Source of the DNA: a virus
Lineage: Duplodnaviria > Caudoviricetes
IMG/VR virus record: IMGVR_UViG_3300012209_000002
Coordinates: 1 to 61,018 of that record
Strand: one strand, 5' to 3'
Length of the DNA: 61,018 nucleotides
Shown: positions 26,594-36,497 of the stretch, piece after piece
Numbering within the stretch: the first letter of the stretch is position 1
Layout of the letters: every line of letters begins with the position of its first letter
Notes under the pieces: model-generated
What the model was told of the DNA's origin: nothing
Database searches by the model: none
The model's input: only the letters and a program-made list of their open reading frames with translations
Made by a program: the position numbers and the translations under genes

Positions 26594-27736
26594 TCAACTA
26601 TTCCAACCGTACCCCTGCACGTTGGCCCAGGGCGCGGTGCATTCCAGGTTCACGGCGGCCTTGAGCTGACTCGCCACACGGGTCGAGTCGGGCGCCCGGA
26701 TGAAATCGGTGCAATTGAAACCGAACTCCGAATCGTTCGAAACCCGGAACCTCCATCGGCTCGTGTTCAGCATGAGCAGCACTTCGCCGACCGTCAGCGT
26801 CACGTTGCTGGTGGGGAAATTGTTGATCTGGTTCGAGGCCGTGGACACGTAGGCGATGGTGCCCGTGAGGTTGTTCCCCAAGCCCGCATTCGAGGCGTCG
26901 GCGTAGCCGGCCAATGCCGATGGGAAATAATCGTCCATCATGACCATGGCGTTTTTGAAGCGGAAGCCGACCGCGCCGAAATACGGATCGCGCACGCTGG
27001 CCCCGTCCTGCCCGAAGCGCTGCTGCGCCTGAATGCGGTTCTCGACGAAGCTCACGATGGGCTTGTTGCCGACGATCAGATCCGCCTCATCGCCGCCGCG
27101 CTTGCCCAGGTTGTACATCGCGTTGAACGCCGGATAGGTGATCGTGGCGCAGCCGCCGGCCGCGTTGCCGCCCCAATAGACGTTGCCGTTTAGGGTCTTG
27201 CGCACGTTGCCGTTGCGGGCCGCGGTGCCGTAGCTGGTGTAGATGCCGCCGTCCCACGAGGGATTGAGTCCGTCGTTCACCGCCTCCACCCAGCCGTTGA
27301 TGTTGATCGCGCGCGCCCCGGTTACCCCGTTCTGCTGAAGATCGAGCGCCATGATCGCCGAGATGGTCTGGTAGGCGTTCGCCATGTCTGTTTCGAGGAG
27401 ACTGAAAACGGCGAGGTCGCCCGTGTTCAAGACGGAGATGTCTTCCAAGTACTCGATAATCATGACCACGTAGTAGCGCGGATCGAACACCGTCGAGGAG
27501 AGCGTGTTGGGCTTGGTCAGATTGAACCCGCCGATGCCTTTCGGATACGCGCCTCCGTTCAGCGGATTGTATAACTGAAGGTTCCGGCTGAAAGCGCCTC
27601 CCTTGAACGGGACAAGTGCTTTGGCCCGCAAATGAGCTTGAAACACAGAGCCCAAAAAAAATGTGTCCTCGATCGCCGCGTCATTGATTTCCGGGAGAGT
27701 GGTCGAGTTTATCTCGTCAAGTAGTGGGTCGGCCAA
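26594..27736 (-). CDS. Major capsid protein
   Basis: 380 aa after the scaffold; HK97-like size and composition (AIEDTFF, GFRFKNAMVMMDDY, LMLNTSRW). Confidence 0.8.
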   Translation of the reverse strand: MADPLLDEINSTTLPEINDAAIEDTFFLGSVFQAHLRAKALVPFKGGAFSRNLQLYNPLNGGAYPKGIGGFNLTKPNTLSSTVFDPRYYVVMIIEYLEDISVLNTGDLAVFSLLETDMANAYQTISAIMALDLQQNGVTGARAININGWVEAVNDGLNPSWDGGIYTSYGTAARNGNVRKTLNGNVYWGGNAAGGCATITYPAFNAMYNLGKRGGDEADLIVGNKPIVSFVENRIQAQQRFGQDGASVRDPYFGAVGFRFKNAMVMMDDYFPSALAGYADASNAGLGNNLTGTIAYVSTASNQINNFPTSNVTLTVGEVLLMLNTSRWRFRVSNDSEFGFNCTDFIRAPDSTRVASQLKAAVNLECTAPWANVQGYGWNS

Positions 27737-27760
27737 AGTACTTTACCTCGTAAAGTCCCA

Positions 27761-28255
27761 TCAGTTTAAGACAACGGGACCCGATTTTTCTTTTGTGTAA
27801 TCCATGGGCTTGTTGCGCCTGTTCATGGACTTGGAGGCTTCGTAAAAACCTTCAAGCATCGCTACTGCTTCAGGATCGCGAGCTTCGTAACGAGCCGGTT
27901 GAGACGTCTCCACTAACGTTTGGAACGCTATACCAAGCTGGGCGTTCGCCTTTTTTAAAACCAAATACGGCAACAGCTTTTTGAGAACGATTACCGCTTT
28001 CTTGCCGTGAATCCGATACCACCAGTAGGTCCAGCCGTGAGTTTTTAGCTTCGACAGATGACCGCCGAAAACCTTCACTAGCATGTCCATTGGAAGCCGA
28101 GAGCGCTGGCAAATAACAACTTGCAACTGATATCCCGGATAGCAAGCAATGCTTCCGTCTTTACGCTGTTGGCGAGTGATCGGCTTGGAGATGCTGACGC
28201 AGCCCTCTCCATCGAAGAATCCGGCCGCCCAAACGAGTTGTTCATGTTTCGTCAT
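27761..28255 (-). mobile_element. Free-standing LAGLIDADG homing endonuclease
   Basis: WAAGFFDGEGCVSI; LLPYLVLKK. Confidence 0.88.
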
Positions 28256-28264
28256 GGACCGATT

Positions 28265-29299
28265 CTACGCGCTCTTCACCGCGTCGGGCTGCCCCATCTG
28301 GATGCCGTTCGCCCTTCTCTCCAGGAACCGTTTCGCCGCCCGCTCGGCCCCGGTCAATGCCTGTCGCTGCTCCCCGCTGGGCATGGTCCGCACGTGCTCG
28401 CCGGGTTTGACCTCTCCCGGCGTCTGCGGCACGGTCTGCCCCGGATCGACCCCGCGCTCCGCGAACTGCTTCTTCAGCACGGGAGAGAGCCGGAGCCCCG
28501 TCTCGTCCGCGGCGCCCGGCCGTACGCCTTCGAGCGCTTCCTGGGATCGCTTGGCCGTCTGCTCGGCGTCCCATTTGCCCCTGGCCTCTTTCTCCCAGGC
28601 GGCGTATTCCTGCTTCTTGCGGGCATCGGGGATGGCGAACTTCTCCTCCCACACGTCCACCAGCTTCCGGCCCTTCTCGCGCGCTTCCTTGAGAATGGCC
28701 CGCTGGTCGTCGGCGGACAGCCGCTTGCCGGTCAGTTCCCGATGCTCGTCCCGCATGTTGGCCCAGATGATGTCCAGGTCCGTCATGGAGGACAGCTCGG
28801 GAAGCAGGCGCTCGGCAATGGTCTTCTCGAAGTCCTTGCGAAAGGCGTCGAGGCGCGCGTCCAGATCGGCGGTCGAGTCCTGTGGCTTCTCGGTCTTCCG
28901 GGTGGCGATCAGATCGCGCATCGGGGGTATGTCCTCGTCCGAGAGCTGGTAGGTCTCTTTCACGGCTTGGAGTCTGGCCTGGGCCTCGGCCGTGGTGACT
29001 TTGTGCTGCGCCAAGTCCCGCAAAATCTTGGCCTTTTCGGTTTCCGCGGCTTCGAGCGCAGTCCGATACTGTTCCATCTGGCCTTCGATCTTCTTGCGGT
29101 CCTCGGCCAGCCGGTTCCGGTCGTCGGCCAGCGCTTGCGATTTGCGCGTGTAATCGGCGGTGCGCGTGAACCCGCCGGTGAACGAAGCCGCCAGCGAGTC
29201 GTTGGCCGCGAGCTTCTGTTTTAGAAGCGCTGCCAGCTCGGCATCGCCGTGTACGGCCTCCTGGATCGTTTGTTCGAGTAGCTGTGCGTCTACGGGCAT
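28265..29299 (-). CDS. Capsid scaffolding protein
   Basis: Coiled-coil with the GFTRTADYTRKSQALA scaffold motif; upstream of the MCP. Confidence 0.8.
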   Translation of the reverse strand: MPVDAQLLEQTIQEAVHGDAELAALLKQKLAANDSLAASFTGGFTRTADYTRKSQALADDRNRLAEDRKKIEGQMEQYRTALEAAETEKAKILRDLAQHKVTTAEAQARLQAVKETYQLSDEDIPPMRDLIATRKTEKPQDSTADLDARLDAFRKDFEKTIAERLLPELSSMTDLDIIWANMRDEHRELTGKRLSADDQRAILKEAREKGRKLVDVWEEKFAIPDARKKQEYAAWEKEARGKWDAEQTAKRSQEALEGVRPGAADETGLRLSPVLKKQFAERGVDPGQTVPQTPGEVKPGEHVRTMPSGEQRQALTGAERAAKRFLERRANGIQMGQPDAVKSA

Positions 29300-29317
29300 T
29301 CTGGATTTGTCCTCGCC

Positions 29318-29629
29318 TTATCCACCGATCGGTGGGGCTGCGGGTTCCGGCTGTCCGGGGTTCGCAATGATCGCGCGCAGTGCTGCGCGAATGTTAGTAG
29401 TCGCCTGCCGCAAGGACGAGGCCGCGGCGGGAAATCGCCCAGCCATCTCCTGCATTTCCATCTCGGCGGAACGGAGTTTTTCGACGGCCTCCTTGAGCGC
29501 CGATCGAGGTCCGCCCGCTTCCTCTCCGCCCGCCTGGGGAGACGGTGGCGAAGAAGGCCCCGCGCCGGCCAGGACGGATGGACCGGCCGGCGGTGCGGGG
29601 CTCGCGGATGGCGATTGGACAGGTGACAC
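29318..29629 (-). CDS. Pro-rich hypothetical head-module protein
   Basis: GTG start after GGAG; 103 aa. Confidence 0.55.
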   Translation of the reverse strand: MSPVQSPSASPAPPAGPSVLAGAGPSSPPSPQAGGEEAGGPRSALKEAVEKLRSAEMEMQEMAGRFPAAASSLRQATTNIRAALRAIIANPGQPEPAAPPIGG

Positions 29630-29723
29630 AAAACCACTCCATCGAAACCCCAACCTCCGCTCGGAATGCCGGCGCCGGGCGTTGGGCTTCCCTGGCGCCG
29701 CCTCTGGGGATGAATCGCGCCCC

Positions 29724-29786
29724 TTACCGTTTCTTGTGGCGCCGGCCGCCGCGGCGGTAGGCAACCTGGGTGAGTTCGTTCAGCAT
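29724..29786 (-). CDS. Possible 20-aa basic peptide MLNELTQVAYRRGGRRHKKR
   Basis: Purine-rich leader GGAGAAAGGAAG; below the ORF-track size cutoff. Confidence 0.4.
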   Translation of the reverse strand: MLNELTQVAYRRGGRRHKKR

Positions 29787-30068
29787 GCTATCGGTCTTCC
29801 TTTCTCCGGGGTTTGCCCGGACTACTCGGGTCGCGCTTCCTCTGAAAAAGTGCTTAAAAACGCCAAAAGCCCGCAGTCCACCACCTCCCCCGAGAATGGC
29901 TGGCTACGGGCCTTGTGCGTATCCGCCCGGATTAAGAGCGAAGCACCGTAAAGACGAATCGCGTTCCTGAGAAGCACAGTATCATCAGTACTTGCGGAAA
30001 ACAAGGGGAAAAACGGACTATAATCGACGAAGACCCCTATTCACTCCCAAAGGAACGGGCCGGGAAGC

Positions 30069-30347
30069 ATGGAACCGGCCCGTAAGACCCTGCCGATGAA
30101 CCTCAACCAGACGCTGCGTTTGCGCCGGAGAGCGATGCGGCGGGAAAAATCCCCGGTCGCCATCGAGCGCATCGAAGTCCGCGCAAACGGCGTGCTCCTG
30201 CATCTTTCGCACGGGGAGCCGCTGGCGGTGGACGCAGACTGGGTCGTGCGGGAAGAGCCGCGGCCGGGCGGCTACCTGCTGATCGGGCGCGACGGGCAGA
30301 TGCAGTTTCGGGCCAGGGAAGCGCTGCACGATTCGACTGCGATCTAG
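30069..30347 (+). CDS. Hypothetical protein
   Basis: 92 aa; first gene of a small plus-strand island. Confidence 0.5.
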   Translation: MEPARKTLPMNLNQTLRLRRRAMRREKSPVAIERIEVRANGVLLHLSHGEPLAVDADWVVREEPRPGGYLLIGRDGQMQFRAREALHDSTAI

Positions 30348-30359
30348 CTTGGCTTTGCG

Positions 30360-30788
30360 GTGCGCGGCCTGCTAAGATTCGCGGTGTCCCTATTCGGCAA
30401 CTCGTCCATCGTCCTGAAAGCCATCGTGCAATTGCAGGCAATGGTTTTGGACGCGGCGGTAGAGCTGCGCGATGTGCGAACGTTGCTCAAGGGTCTCGTG
30501 GAGAAAGGAAATCGCATGGCAGTGGATCTGGCGCAATTGAAAACGGATTTGGCCGCTTTGGTAGCGTCCGAAAAAGCGGCGGAAGCAGCGGAGAAAGCCG
30601 ATCTGGCTTTGATTTCGGATAACATCGCCGCATTGAAAGCGCAACTGGCGAACGGCGGACCGGTCACCCAAGCCGATCTGGACGCCCTCGATTCTCAAGT
30701 GCAGACGGTGTCTAGCGGATTGCAAACCATCGTGAGCAATCTGGACACGGCGGCGAAACCGGCAGTAGCGCCGACACCGCTGCCCTAA
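30360..30788 (+). CDS. Coiled-coil hypothetical protein (start may be later, at MAVDL)
   Basis: Ala-rich heptads; internal AAAGGA RBS. Confidence 0.55.
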   Translation: MRGLLRFAVSLFGNSSIVLKAIVQLQAMVLDAAVELRDVRTLLKGLVEKGNRMAVDLAQLKTDLAALVASEKAAEAAEKADLALISDNIAALKAQLANGGPVTQADLDALDSQVQTVSSGLQTIVSNLDTAAKPAVAPTPLP

Positions 30789-30797
30789 ACGGCACGT

Positions 30798-32021
30798 ATG
30801 GTTCAGGCCGAATTTCTTTTTCTACTGGACCGTTCCCGCGAAGCCCGTCTCAGCGGAAACCCCACAGAAGCCCTGCGATTGGCCTGCTGCGCCAATCGTC
30901 TTTTACCCAACGAACCCGCCGGACACCATACCGTTGCCCTGGCACTCTCCGATTTAGGCAGCCACGATCGTGCGTTTTTCGCATGGGAAAGGGCCATGCG
31001 TCCTCTTCAAGATCCTGTCCCCGACAACCTCTTAGACAGCTACCAGAAAATTGTTTTCGCCTTTGCCTGGGCATTGCTGCGACGCGGCGAATGGCGACGC
31101 GCCTGGCCTTACTGGGAAGCCGGACGCATTTTGGCTGCTTGGAGTCCCTTTCCCGGCACTGAGCCCTGGAATGGCGAATCCGATGGCAACTTGCTGATTT
31201 TGCCCGAGGGCGGCTACGGCGATCTCTTCTGCTTCTCCCGTTTTCTCCGCACCTTGCACCGTTCCCCGATCCGTCCTCCTCAAATCGGACTCTGCGTGCC
31301 TCCGGCTATGCAATGCGCGCGCAACTGGCAAGACCTGGGGGTCGATGCAGTGTACGAAATCGGCGGTGCAGTGCCCATGGGCCAATACCGCTATTCGATT
31401 TCTTTACTCAGCCTGCCGGGATTGCTGGGAATCGGCTCCCCGGTCGATATGCCTATGGATTGCCAATGGCCGGATACCTTGCATATACGACGACGGCGGC
31501 CATGGTTCGCTGCGGCACCGCGGCCCCGGCGTATCGGATTCTGCTGGCGGGCCGAAGAAGCGGGAGAATCCGGCGGGCGCAAAGTGCGGTCCCTGCCGCC
31601 TCCAACTGCCGGAGAGATCGTCGCCAAGCTATCGAAACTATCCAGCGTTTTCGATCTTTGCCCCCACGCGGAAGGACAACCCGTTTCCTGGGGGTTCATT
31701 CACGAGGAAGACTGCATGAAGACCTGGACGGACACTGCAGATTATCTAACCACAATGAACCTGATCCTCACCGTGGACACCGCCGTGGCGCATCTAGCCG
31801 GATTGTTGGGACTCGATACGCTGTGTCTGCTGCCGGTCAACTCGGATTGGAAATGGCTGCTCGACCGCGAGGATACAGTATGGTATCCGGGCAATTTCAA
31901 GTTATTTCGCAATGCGACGACGGCGTGGGAAGCGGAGCCGATTGTGGAAGCGGCCATCGCTACCCTTTCTTCGAGGTGCGCCACTCGACTTCCCCGGCCA
32001 CACTGCCATTCAAAAAGCTGA
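30798..32021 (+). CDS. TPR + GT9-like glycosyltransferase
   Basis: N-terminal TPR-like helices; EGGYGD, IGFCW, ILTVDTAVAHLAGLLG and DWKW..DTVWYP motifs. Confidence 0.85.
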   Translation: MVQAEFLFLLDRSREARLSGNPTEALRLACCANRLLPNEPAGHHTVALALSDLGSHDRAFFAWERAMRPLQDPVPDNLLDSYQKIVFAFAWALLRRGEWRRAWPYWEAGRILAAWSPFPGTEPWNGESDGNLLILPEGGYGDLFCFSRFLRTLHRSPIRPPQIGLCVPPAMQCARNWQDLGVDAVYEIGGAVPMGQYRYSISLLSLPGLLGIGSPVDMPMDCQWPDTLHIRRRRPWFAAAPRPRRIGFCWRAEEAGESGGRKVRSLPPPTAGEIVAKLSKLSSVFDLCPHAEGQPVSWGFIHEEDCMKTWTDTADYLTTMNLILTVDTAVAHLAGLLGLDTLCLLPVNSDWKWLLDREDTVWYPGNFKLFRNATTAWEAEPIVEAAIATLSSRCATRLPRPHCHSKS

Positions 32022-32193
32022 GAGAGAGCGAGCCGGTCGAGCCCAGGCTCTTGATGGTGCGCAGAACTTCGTCCAGATTGCGAGCGTTGAACGAGACCGA
32101 TTCCACGGTCTTCACGCGGGCGCCGGCCAGAGATGCCAGGGAAGCGCGGGTGCGTTCCGCGCCATTACTCGTGCCATTGCTACCGTTTTCCAC
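31960..32193 (-). CDS. Small hypothetical protein
   Basis: 77 aa, GTG start after AAGGAAGG. Confidence 0.45.
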   Translation of the reverse strand: MENGSNGTSNGAERTRASLASLAGARVKTVESVSFNARNLDEVLRTIKSLGSTGSLSLSFLNGSVAGEVEWRTSKKG

Positions 32194-32323
32194 AGCCTTC
32201 CTTGCGGTGTTCCGACATAAGGATCGCTAATGCCTGGCGATGAGAGCGCACCTTGGGGCCGCCCTTAGACCCACTGCGCAGCGTCCCCTTCGAGAACTCG
32301 CTCATGACTCGATCGGATGGCAT
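32180..32323 (-). CDS. Small DUF6496-like protein
   Basis: 47 aa MPSDRVMSEFSKGTLRSGSKGGPKVRSHRQALAILMSE; not in the ORF track. Confidence 0.65.
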   Translation of the reverse strand: MPSDRVMSEFSKGTLRSGSKGGPKVRSHRQALAILMSEHRKEGCGKR

Positions 32324-32423
32324 TCTATTCTCCCTCTCGCATGACCGACAGCAAAATCAACAGCATGAGAACCCCGAAGGCCAACAACGCGCCGACAATG
32401 GCGCAAATCACGCAAGACATGGC

Positions 32424-34601
32424 TTATCCCGGTCTATGTTTGGATTCACGAATAATCGATGCTCCACCCGGTCGTGCTTCTAATGTCGGAGGCTGTTGAG
32501 CGGTTCCCGGCCTGCCCGCTCCCGGCCTTTGCCCCCCCGCACCCATCGCGCCCTGCATGGCTTGCGCCACCGCAGCTTGCACACGTGTCCAAACTTGCCA
32601 TCTTTCAAATCCGGTACGGGGCTCCCGCCACTCACCTGTTTCTGGATCTTGAATACGGGGCGGATCGCCGAAGTTGCGGTCGTCGAAGAGTTCCGCCTCG
32701 GTCCACGGATCGAGCGGGAACCCGGCCTTCTTGCGCTGCATCCAGATCAAACGCCGGGTGATCGAGTTCATCTCGTGCAGGGAATACGGGGTTACCGAGA
32801 ACTGAAAAGTGTCTTTGTGCCAGCGCGCCCGCTCGAACTGCGGGATCACGCTCGATGCGCCCTGGTCGAACGGAGCGAACATATCCCAGGTGTCGGGAGT
32901 CTTCTCGCGCTCGCGCATTTGCAGGAGCCGGGGATCGGACGATGCGGGAATCAGCGTGCCTGGATCGTAATCGAAATCTTCGTCAGCCAGTCCCTCAAAA
33001 CCCTGAATCTCCAGGCGTCGTGCAGCCGTGATGAACTGGAAGAAGTTGGATTTCCAGAACTCCCCAAGCCAGCGGATGGACTGCTCCATATTGCGGGATT
33101 GGTCTTTGATTAAGGGCCCGAGCGATTCCATCAGCTTCTCCTGCGAGTCGCCGGAGGGGAGCTGGCGGGCGCGGGCGAGAGCCGCCACATCGGCGGTGCC
33201 CATCTGATCTTTCACCATGCTTTTCAGTTGGTCTTGCGCTTGCAGATAGTGCGGCGGGTAGTCGTACCACTGGAACGGGAGTAAGGGTTTCGGTAAAGCA
33301 GCATCGCCAAGCATTCCCAGATCCAGACCGACATATTGATTAGGAATGCGAGTATTGATAGCGGCAGCAAGACCACCCGAAGTATTTGTTCGATCATAAG
33401 CTCGGGGCGGCGACAGGCGGCAGTTCATCGCGTCCACCATTCCCCGCCACATCTCAATGCTGGCCTTCTCCAAACTCTGTCCGTAGCGCGTCAGCGGGAA
33501 CCCCAGGAAGTTCCAAGCCCAGTCGTCGGCGCGAAACTGGATCGCCGGGACGCGCGCGTGCCAATAAGGGCTGGCCTGGCACTCAGGATCGGGATTGACA
33601 ATGGTATCGGCGGCGAAAATCAGCAGACGGCGATTCGGGTACAACAGGCAATCGGCGCGATTGGCTTTGCGCACGATGGGGTTGCCGTTCTTCTTGCCTA
33701 CCTGGATTTCTTGCCCAATAAAAGGTACGCGATAAGCCCAAGAAGTGCCATACTGACCATCTGGCCCACGCATTTCGACGGGGACTCCGGTATCGTTGAC
33801 AGAATCGTCGTCAATGTAGATGTAATAAACATCGACCATCTCCCACGGAACCGCTTCGCGCTCGTGCCGCGTGCCTTGGCCGAACCGCTTGAGCGCCGCC
33901 GTGGCGAACTTCACAGCCTGGGCGATGACCGTGCCCCGACCCATCGTTTGCGAGCGCTCCGGGGCGATCTTGTCCACGTAATCGGGGAAAAGCCGCCAGG
34001 CTTCGTGCAGCGGCGTCTCCACGCGCATCGCCACCGCGTAGGCTTTCTGCAAGTCGTGCTGGCGGCCCATGCCGAGCGGTAGCACATCGAGCGGCCCATA
34101 GGCATCCAGCACGATATCGCCGTGACCCTTGTAGTAATAGTTGGGGTCGTAGCGGACGCCGAGATAGCCCGTGCCTGCCGCGACCGCATATTGCCATGTC
34201 TTGCGAATGGAGCGGTCGGCGAAGGTCATGCCCTGCCACGCCATAAACCCCTTATTGAGAATCTGGGTCTGGTGGCGGAATTCGGGGATGTCCGATTTGA
34301 ACGCGGGGATGATCCGGATGTTCGTTTGCGCGGCGACGATTTCCTTTACATTGCGGACAGTTTGTTCGGTGCGAACGCTGGAGAGGGTTTGGATATGGGC
34401 AGGCGCCCAATCGCCGTTGACTATGTCAATGCCATCGCTTATATAGCGGTAGGCTGGCTGGAGACGCAAGTAGCTTTTGCCGTCCGCGATGCAATCGCGC
34501 GCCCAGGCAGCGAGCGAGTCCGGGGTGCAGATGGCGTCAGGAGTGGCGCCGAAGGGCAGGGGCGCGAGATAACCGCGGTCACGGGGCATTAGAACCACCA
34601 C
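32424..34601 (-). CDS. Portal protein
   Basis: 725 aa between the terminase and scaffold; YAVAAGTGYLGVRYDP; Q/G/P-rich C-terminus. Confidence 0.8.
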   Translation of the reverse strand: MVVLMPRDRGYLAPLPFGATPDAICTPDSLAAWARDCIADGKSYLRLQPAYRYISDGIDIVNGDWAPAHIQTLSSVRTEQTVRNVKEIVAAQTNIRIIPAFKSDIPEFRHQTQILNKGFMAWQGMTFADRSIRKTWQYAVAAGTGYLGVRYDPNYYYKGHGDIVLDAYGPLDVLPLGMGRQHDLQKAYAVAMRVETPLHEAWRLFPDYVDKIAPERSQTMGRGTVIAQAVKFATAALKRFGQGTRHEREAVPWEMVDVYYIYIDDDSVNDTGVPVEMRGPDGQYGTSWAYRVPFIGQEIQVGKKNGNPIVRKANRADCLLYPNRRLLIFAADTIVNPDPECQASPYWHARVPAIQFRADDWAWNFLGFPLTRYGQSLEKASIEMWRGMVDAMNCRLSPPRAYDRTNTSGGLAAAINTRIPNQYVGLDLGMLGDAALPKPLLPFQWYDYPPHYLQAQDQLKSMVKDQMGTADVAALARARQLPSGDSQEKLMESLGPLIKDQSRNMEQSIRWLGEFWKSNFFQFITAARRLEIQGFEGLADEDFDYDPGTLIPASSDPRLLQMREREKTPDTWDMFAPFDQGASSVIPQFERARWHKDTFQFSVTPYSLHEMNSITRRLIWMQRKKAGFPLDPWTEAELFDDRNFGDPPRIQDPETGEWREPRTGFERWQVWTRVQAAVAQAMQGAMGAGGQRPGAGRPGTAQQPPTLEARPGGASIIRESKHRPG

Positions 34602-34718
34602 CCGTTCATCACAAATTCGTGAATGCCAGAAAGCTTACCGCAATTGTCACAGCGAAACCCAACCATGAGAAGGTGTTGCGGCTCGACCCACCATGTTTCC
34701 ACTTGTCGGGGCTGTAGC

Positions 34719-34976
34719 TCATTGCCGGTCTTTTTCTTCAAGAATCCATTCCGTGGCCATACGCAACGCCACGGAAACCGCTTGCGCTTGTTTAATCGTC
34801 ATCGAAGTGGCGCGGGCTTGAATCCGATACATAGGAACCTTTGGCCAAGTCCATGCCTGGCAACACATCCACGGTACTGAATCATAATAAATCAGAAACT
34901 CGGCTTCGGCCCCATCCTTTCCCCGGCGCACCACCCGCTCAATCTTTAATTCGACAGTGGTAATGCTAACACTCAT
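34719..34976 (-). CDS. Hypothetical protein
   Basis: 85-aa ORF in operon. Confidence 0.5.
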   Translation of the reverse strand: MSVSITTVELKIERVVRRGKDGAEAEFLIYYDSVPWMCCQAWTWPKVPMYRIQARATSMTIKQAQAVSVALRMATEWILEEKDRQ

Positions 34977-34982
34977 CGACTC

Positions 34983-35522
34983 TTAGGCTTTCCGATCTTT
35001 CCACCCGGTCTCCCGCGAGGAGTATCCCTGCCGATTGCCCGCGTCGAACTCCAGCGGTTGCAAATGGAAATTGGGCTCGATCTTCTGTCCGTACTTCCGC
35101 TCCCGCTTGGCATCCCGGTACCGCGCTATGGCTTCCATCAGGGCCAACGCCTGCGGGTTGTGCCCCAATCTCGCGCGGCGATCGGAGCGAGATTGCTTAA
35201 TGCGATCGTCCCAGTAGGCTTTTTCCATGGCCCGTTCGCCGCTCAGCCGCTCCCGCTCCTGCGCATTGAACTCGCGCGTGAAGCGCTCAGCTTTGCTTAA
35301 AGTGTCCAGCACCACGGGCCGGTAACCGGCAGGACAGGGTTCAGAGGAGGAGCCAGGAAAAGAATATTGACCCGGATTAGAGACGGATTGCCAGACCACT
35401 GCCGGGTCGAAAGAGAGGGCGTCCTTGGCGTAAACGGAAGCATGGCCTCCGGGTGCGGAGCAAAAAGGATACGAGCCGATTTCCAGTTCCTCGCCGCACT
35501 CGGGGCAAATCGTCGCGCTCAT
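34983..35522 (-). CDS. Hypothetical protein with N-terminal Zn ribbon
   Basis: MSATICPECG..YPFC; RBS GGAGAGGAG. Confidence 0.6.
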   Translation of the reverse strand: MSATICPECGEELEIGSYPFCSAPGGHASVYAKDALSFDPAVVWQSVSNPGQYSFPGSSSEPCPAGYRPVVLDTLSKAERFTREFNAQERERLSGERAMEKAYWDDRIKQSRSDRRARLGHNPQALALMEAIARYRDAKRERKYGQKIEPNFHLQPLEFDAGNRQGYSSRETGWKDRKA

Positions 35523-36040
35523 CTCCTCTCCGGCACCGTCCAATTCCCGATGTACTGCCAGCTCATGATCAGCTCGCCGTCGGCGGCATAAGCGAAGATA
35601 TTCCGCACGCCGCTATAAGTTTCCCGGAACGATACGTCCAAAGTCAATTCCAGGACGTCGCGCGAGATGCGCCTGGCTCGCGAACGCAACATGTGAAACG
35701 CGCATTGCCGGTTGGCGACATCCGGCAGTTTGCCGAGATTGCCCATGATCCACTGCTCTCCGGCATCGTCTTGCACGAACACATTGGCCGGGGCATTGTA
35801 CTCCGCGCGGCAGTTGCCCGGCCCCGCCACCCGCGAGCCGAAACAGATATCCAGCTCCTGCACGCGGGCGGCGCCCTGCGAGCTGGACACATAGAAGCGG
35901 AACGTTTGCGACCAGCCCGCGCCGCTTCGAGGCTCCACGCGAACGGTCAGGGAAGGCAGAACCGCGCGAACGGCGAAATACATGGTAAGCGGAGCCAGCA
36001 AGATGACCAGGCTGGCCAGGATAGTCTCGCGAAGAGTCAC
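35519..36040 (-). CDS. Membrane-anchored beta-sandwich protein
   Basis: N-terminal TM; P.SGAGWSQTFRF...LTLDVSF...RNIFAYA...WQYIGNWTV. Confidence 0.6.
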   Translation of the reverse strand: MTLRETILASLVILLAPLTMYFAVRAVLPSLTVRVEPRSGAGWSQTFRFYVSSSQGAARVQELDICFGSRVAGPGNCRAEYNAPANVFVQDDAGEQWIMGNLGKLPDVANRQCAFHMLRSRARRISRDVLELTLDVSFRETYSGVRNIFAYAADGELIMSWQYIGNWTVPERR

Positions 36041-36258
36041 CGGCCCCGGCTTCCCATCGCGGGCTTACGAATATCCGTCCGGTCCGCCGCCATCAGCTGG
36101 TCCGTATTCGCATAGCACTCCCTGCATTCGCGATTCTCATCCAGGCGAACGCGCCAGTCCGTCCGGCTCAACCCTTGCCCGAACGCAACCAGCGTTCCCT
36201 CGCATCCCGCGTACTGGTGCTTCCGGTCGGCGATGAACACGCGATCTCCCGGCTTCAT
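36037..36258 (-). CDS. Small SH3/KOW-like protein
   Basis: MKPGDRVFI..YAGCEGTLV. Confidence 0.5.
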   Translation of the reverse strand: MKPGDRVFIADRKHQYAGCEGTLVAFGQGLSRTDWRVRLDENRECRECYANTDQLMAADRTDIRKPAMGSRGR

Positions 36259-36497
36259 CGGCCTCGGCTCCGCATCGCGGGTAGCACCCGCGAGCCCTTG
36301 CCGAACGCCGGAATAATGTAAGCGTGCAAGTGCGTGCCCTTGGAGCCCGCCTGCGCGAACCGGTCGTACTCCGCCTGGGGCACTCCCGCGTAACTGTAAA
36401 CGGACCCGTTGACGAACTCTACCGTGAGCGTGCTCGATTCCGGGTCGTACGAAAAATGCTGGATATGGCTGGATTGGGCCACCGGCATAGTTTTCAT
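36255..36497 (-). CDS. KTSC domain protein
   Basis: SSHIQHFSYDPESSTLTVEFVNGSVYSYAGVP..AGSKG. Confidence 0.88.
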   Translation of the reverse strand: MKTMPVAQSSHIQHFSYDPESSTLTVEFVNGSVYSYAGVPQAEYDRFAQAGSKGTHLHAYIIPAFGKGSRVLPAMRSRGR

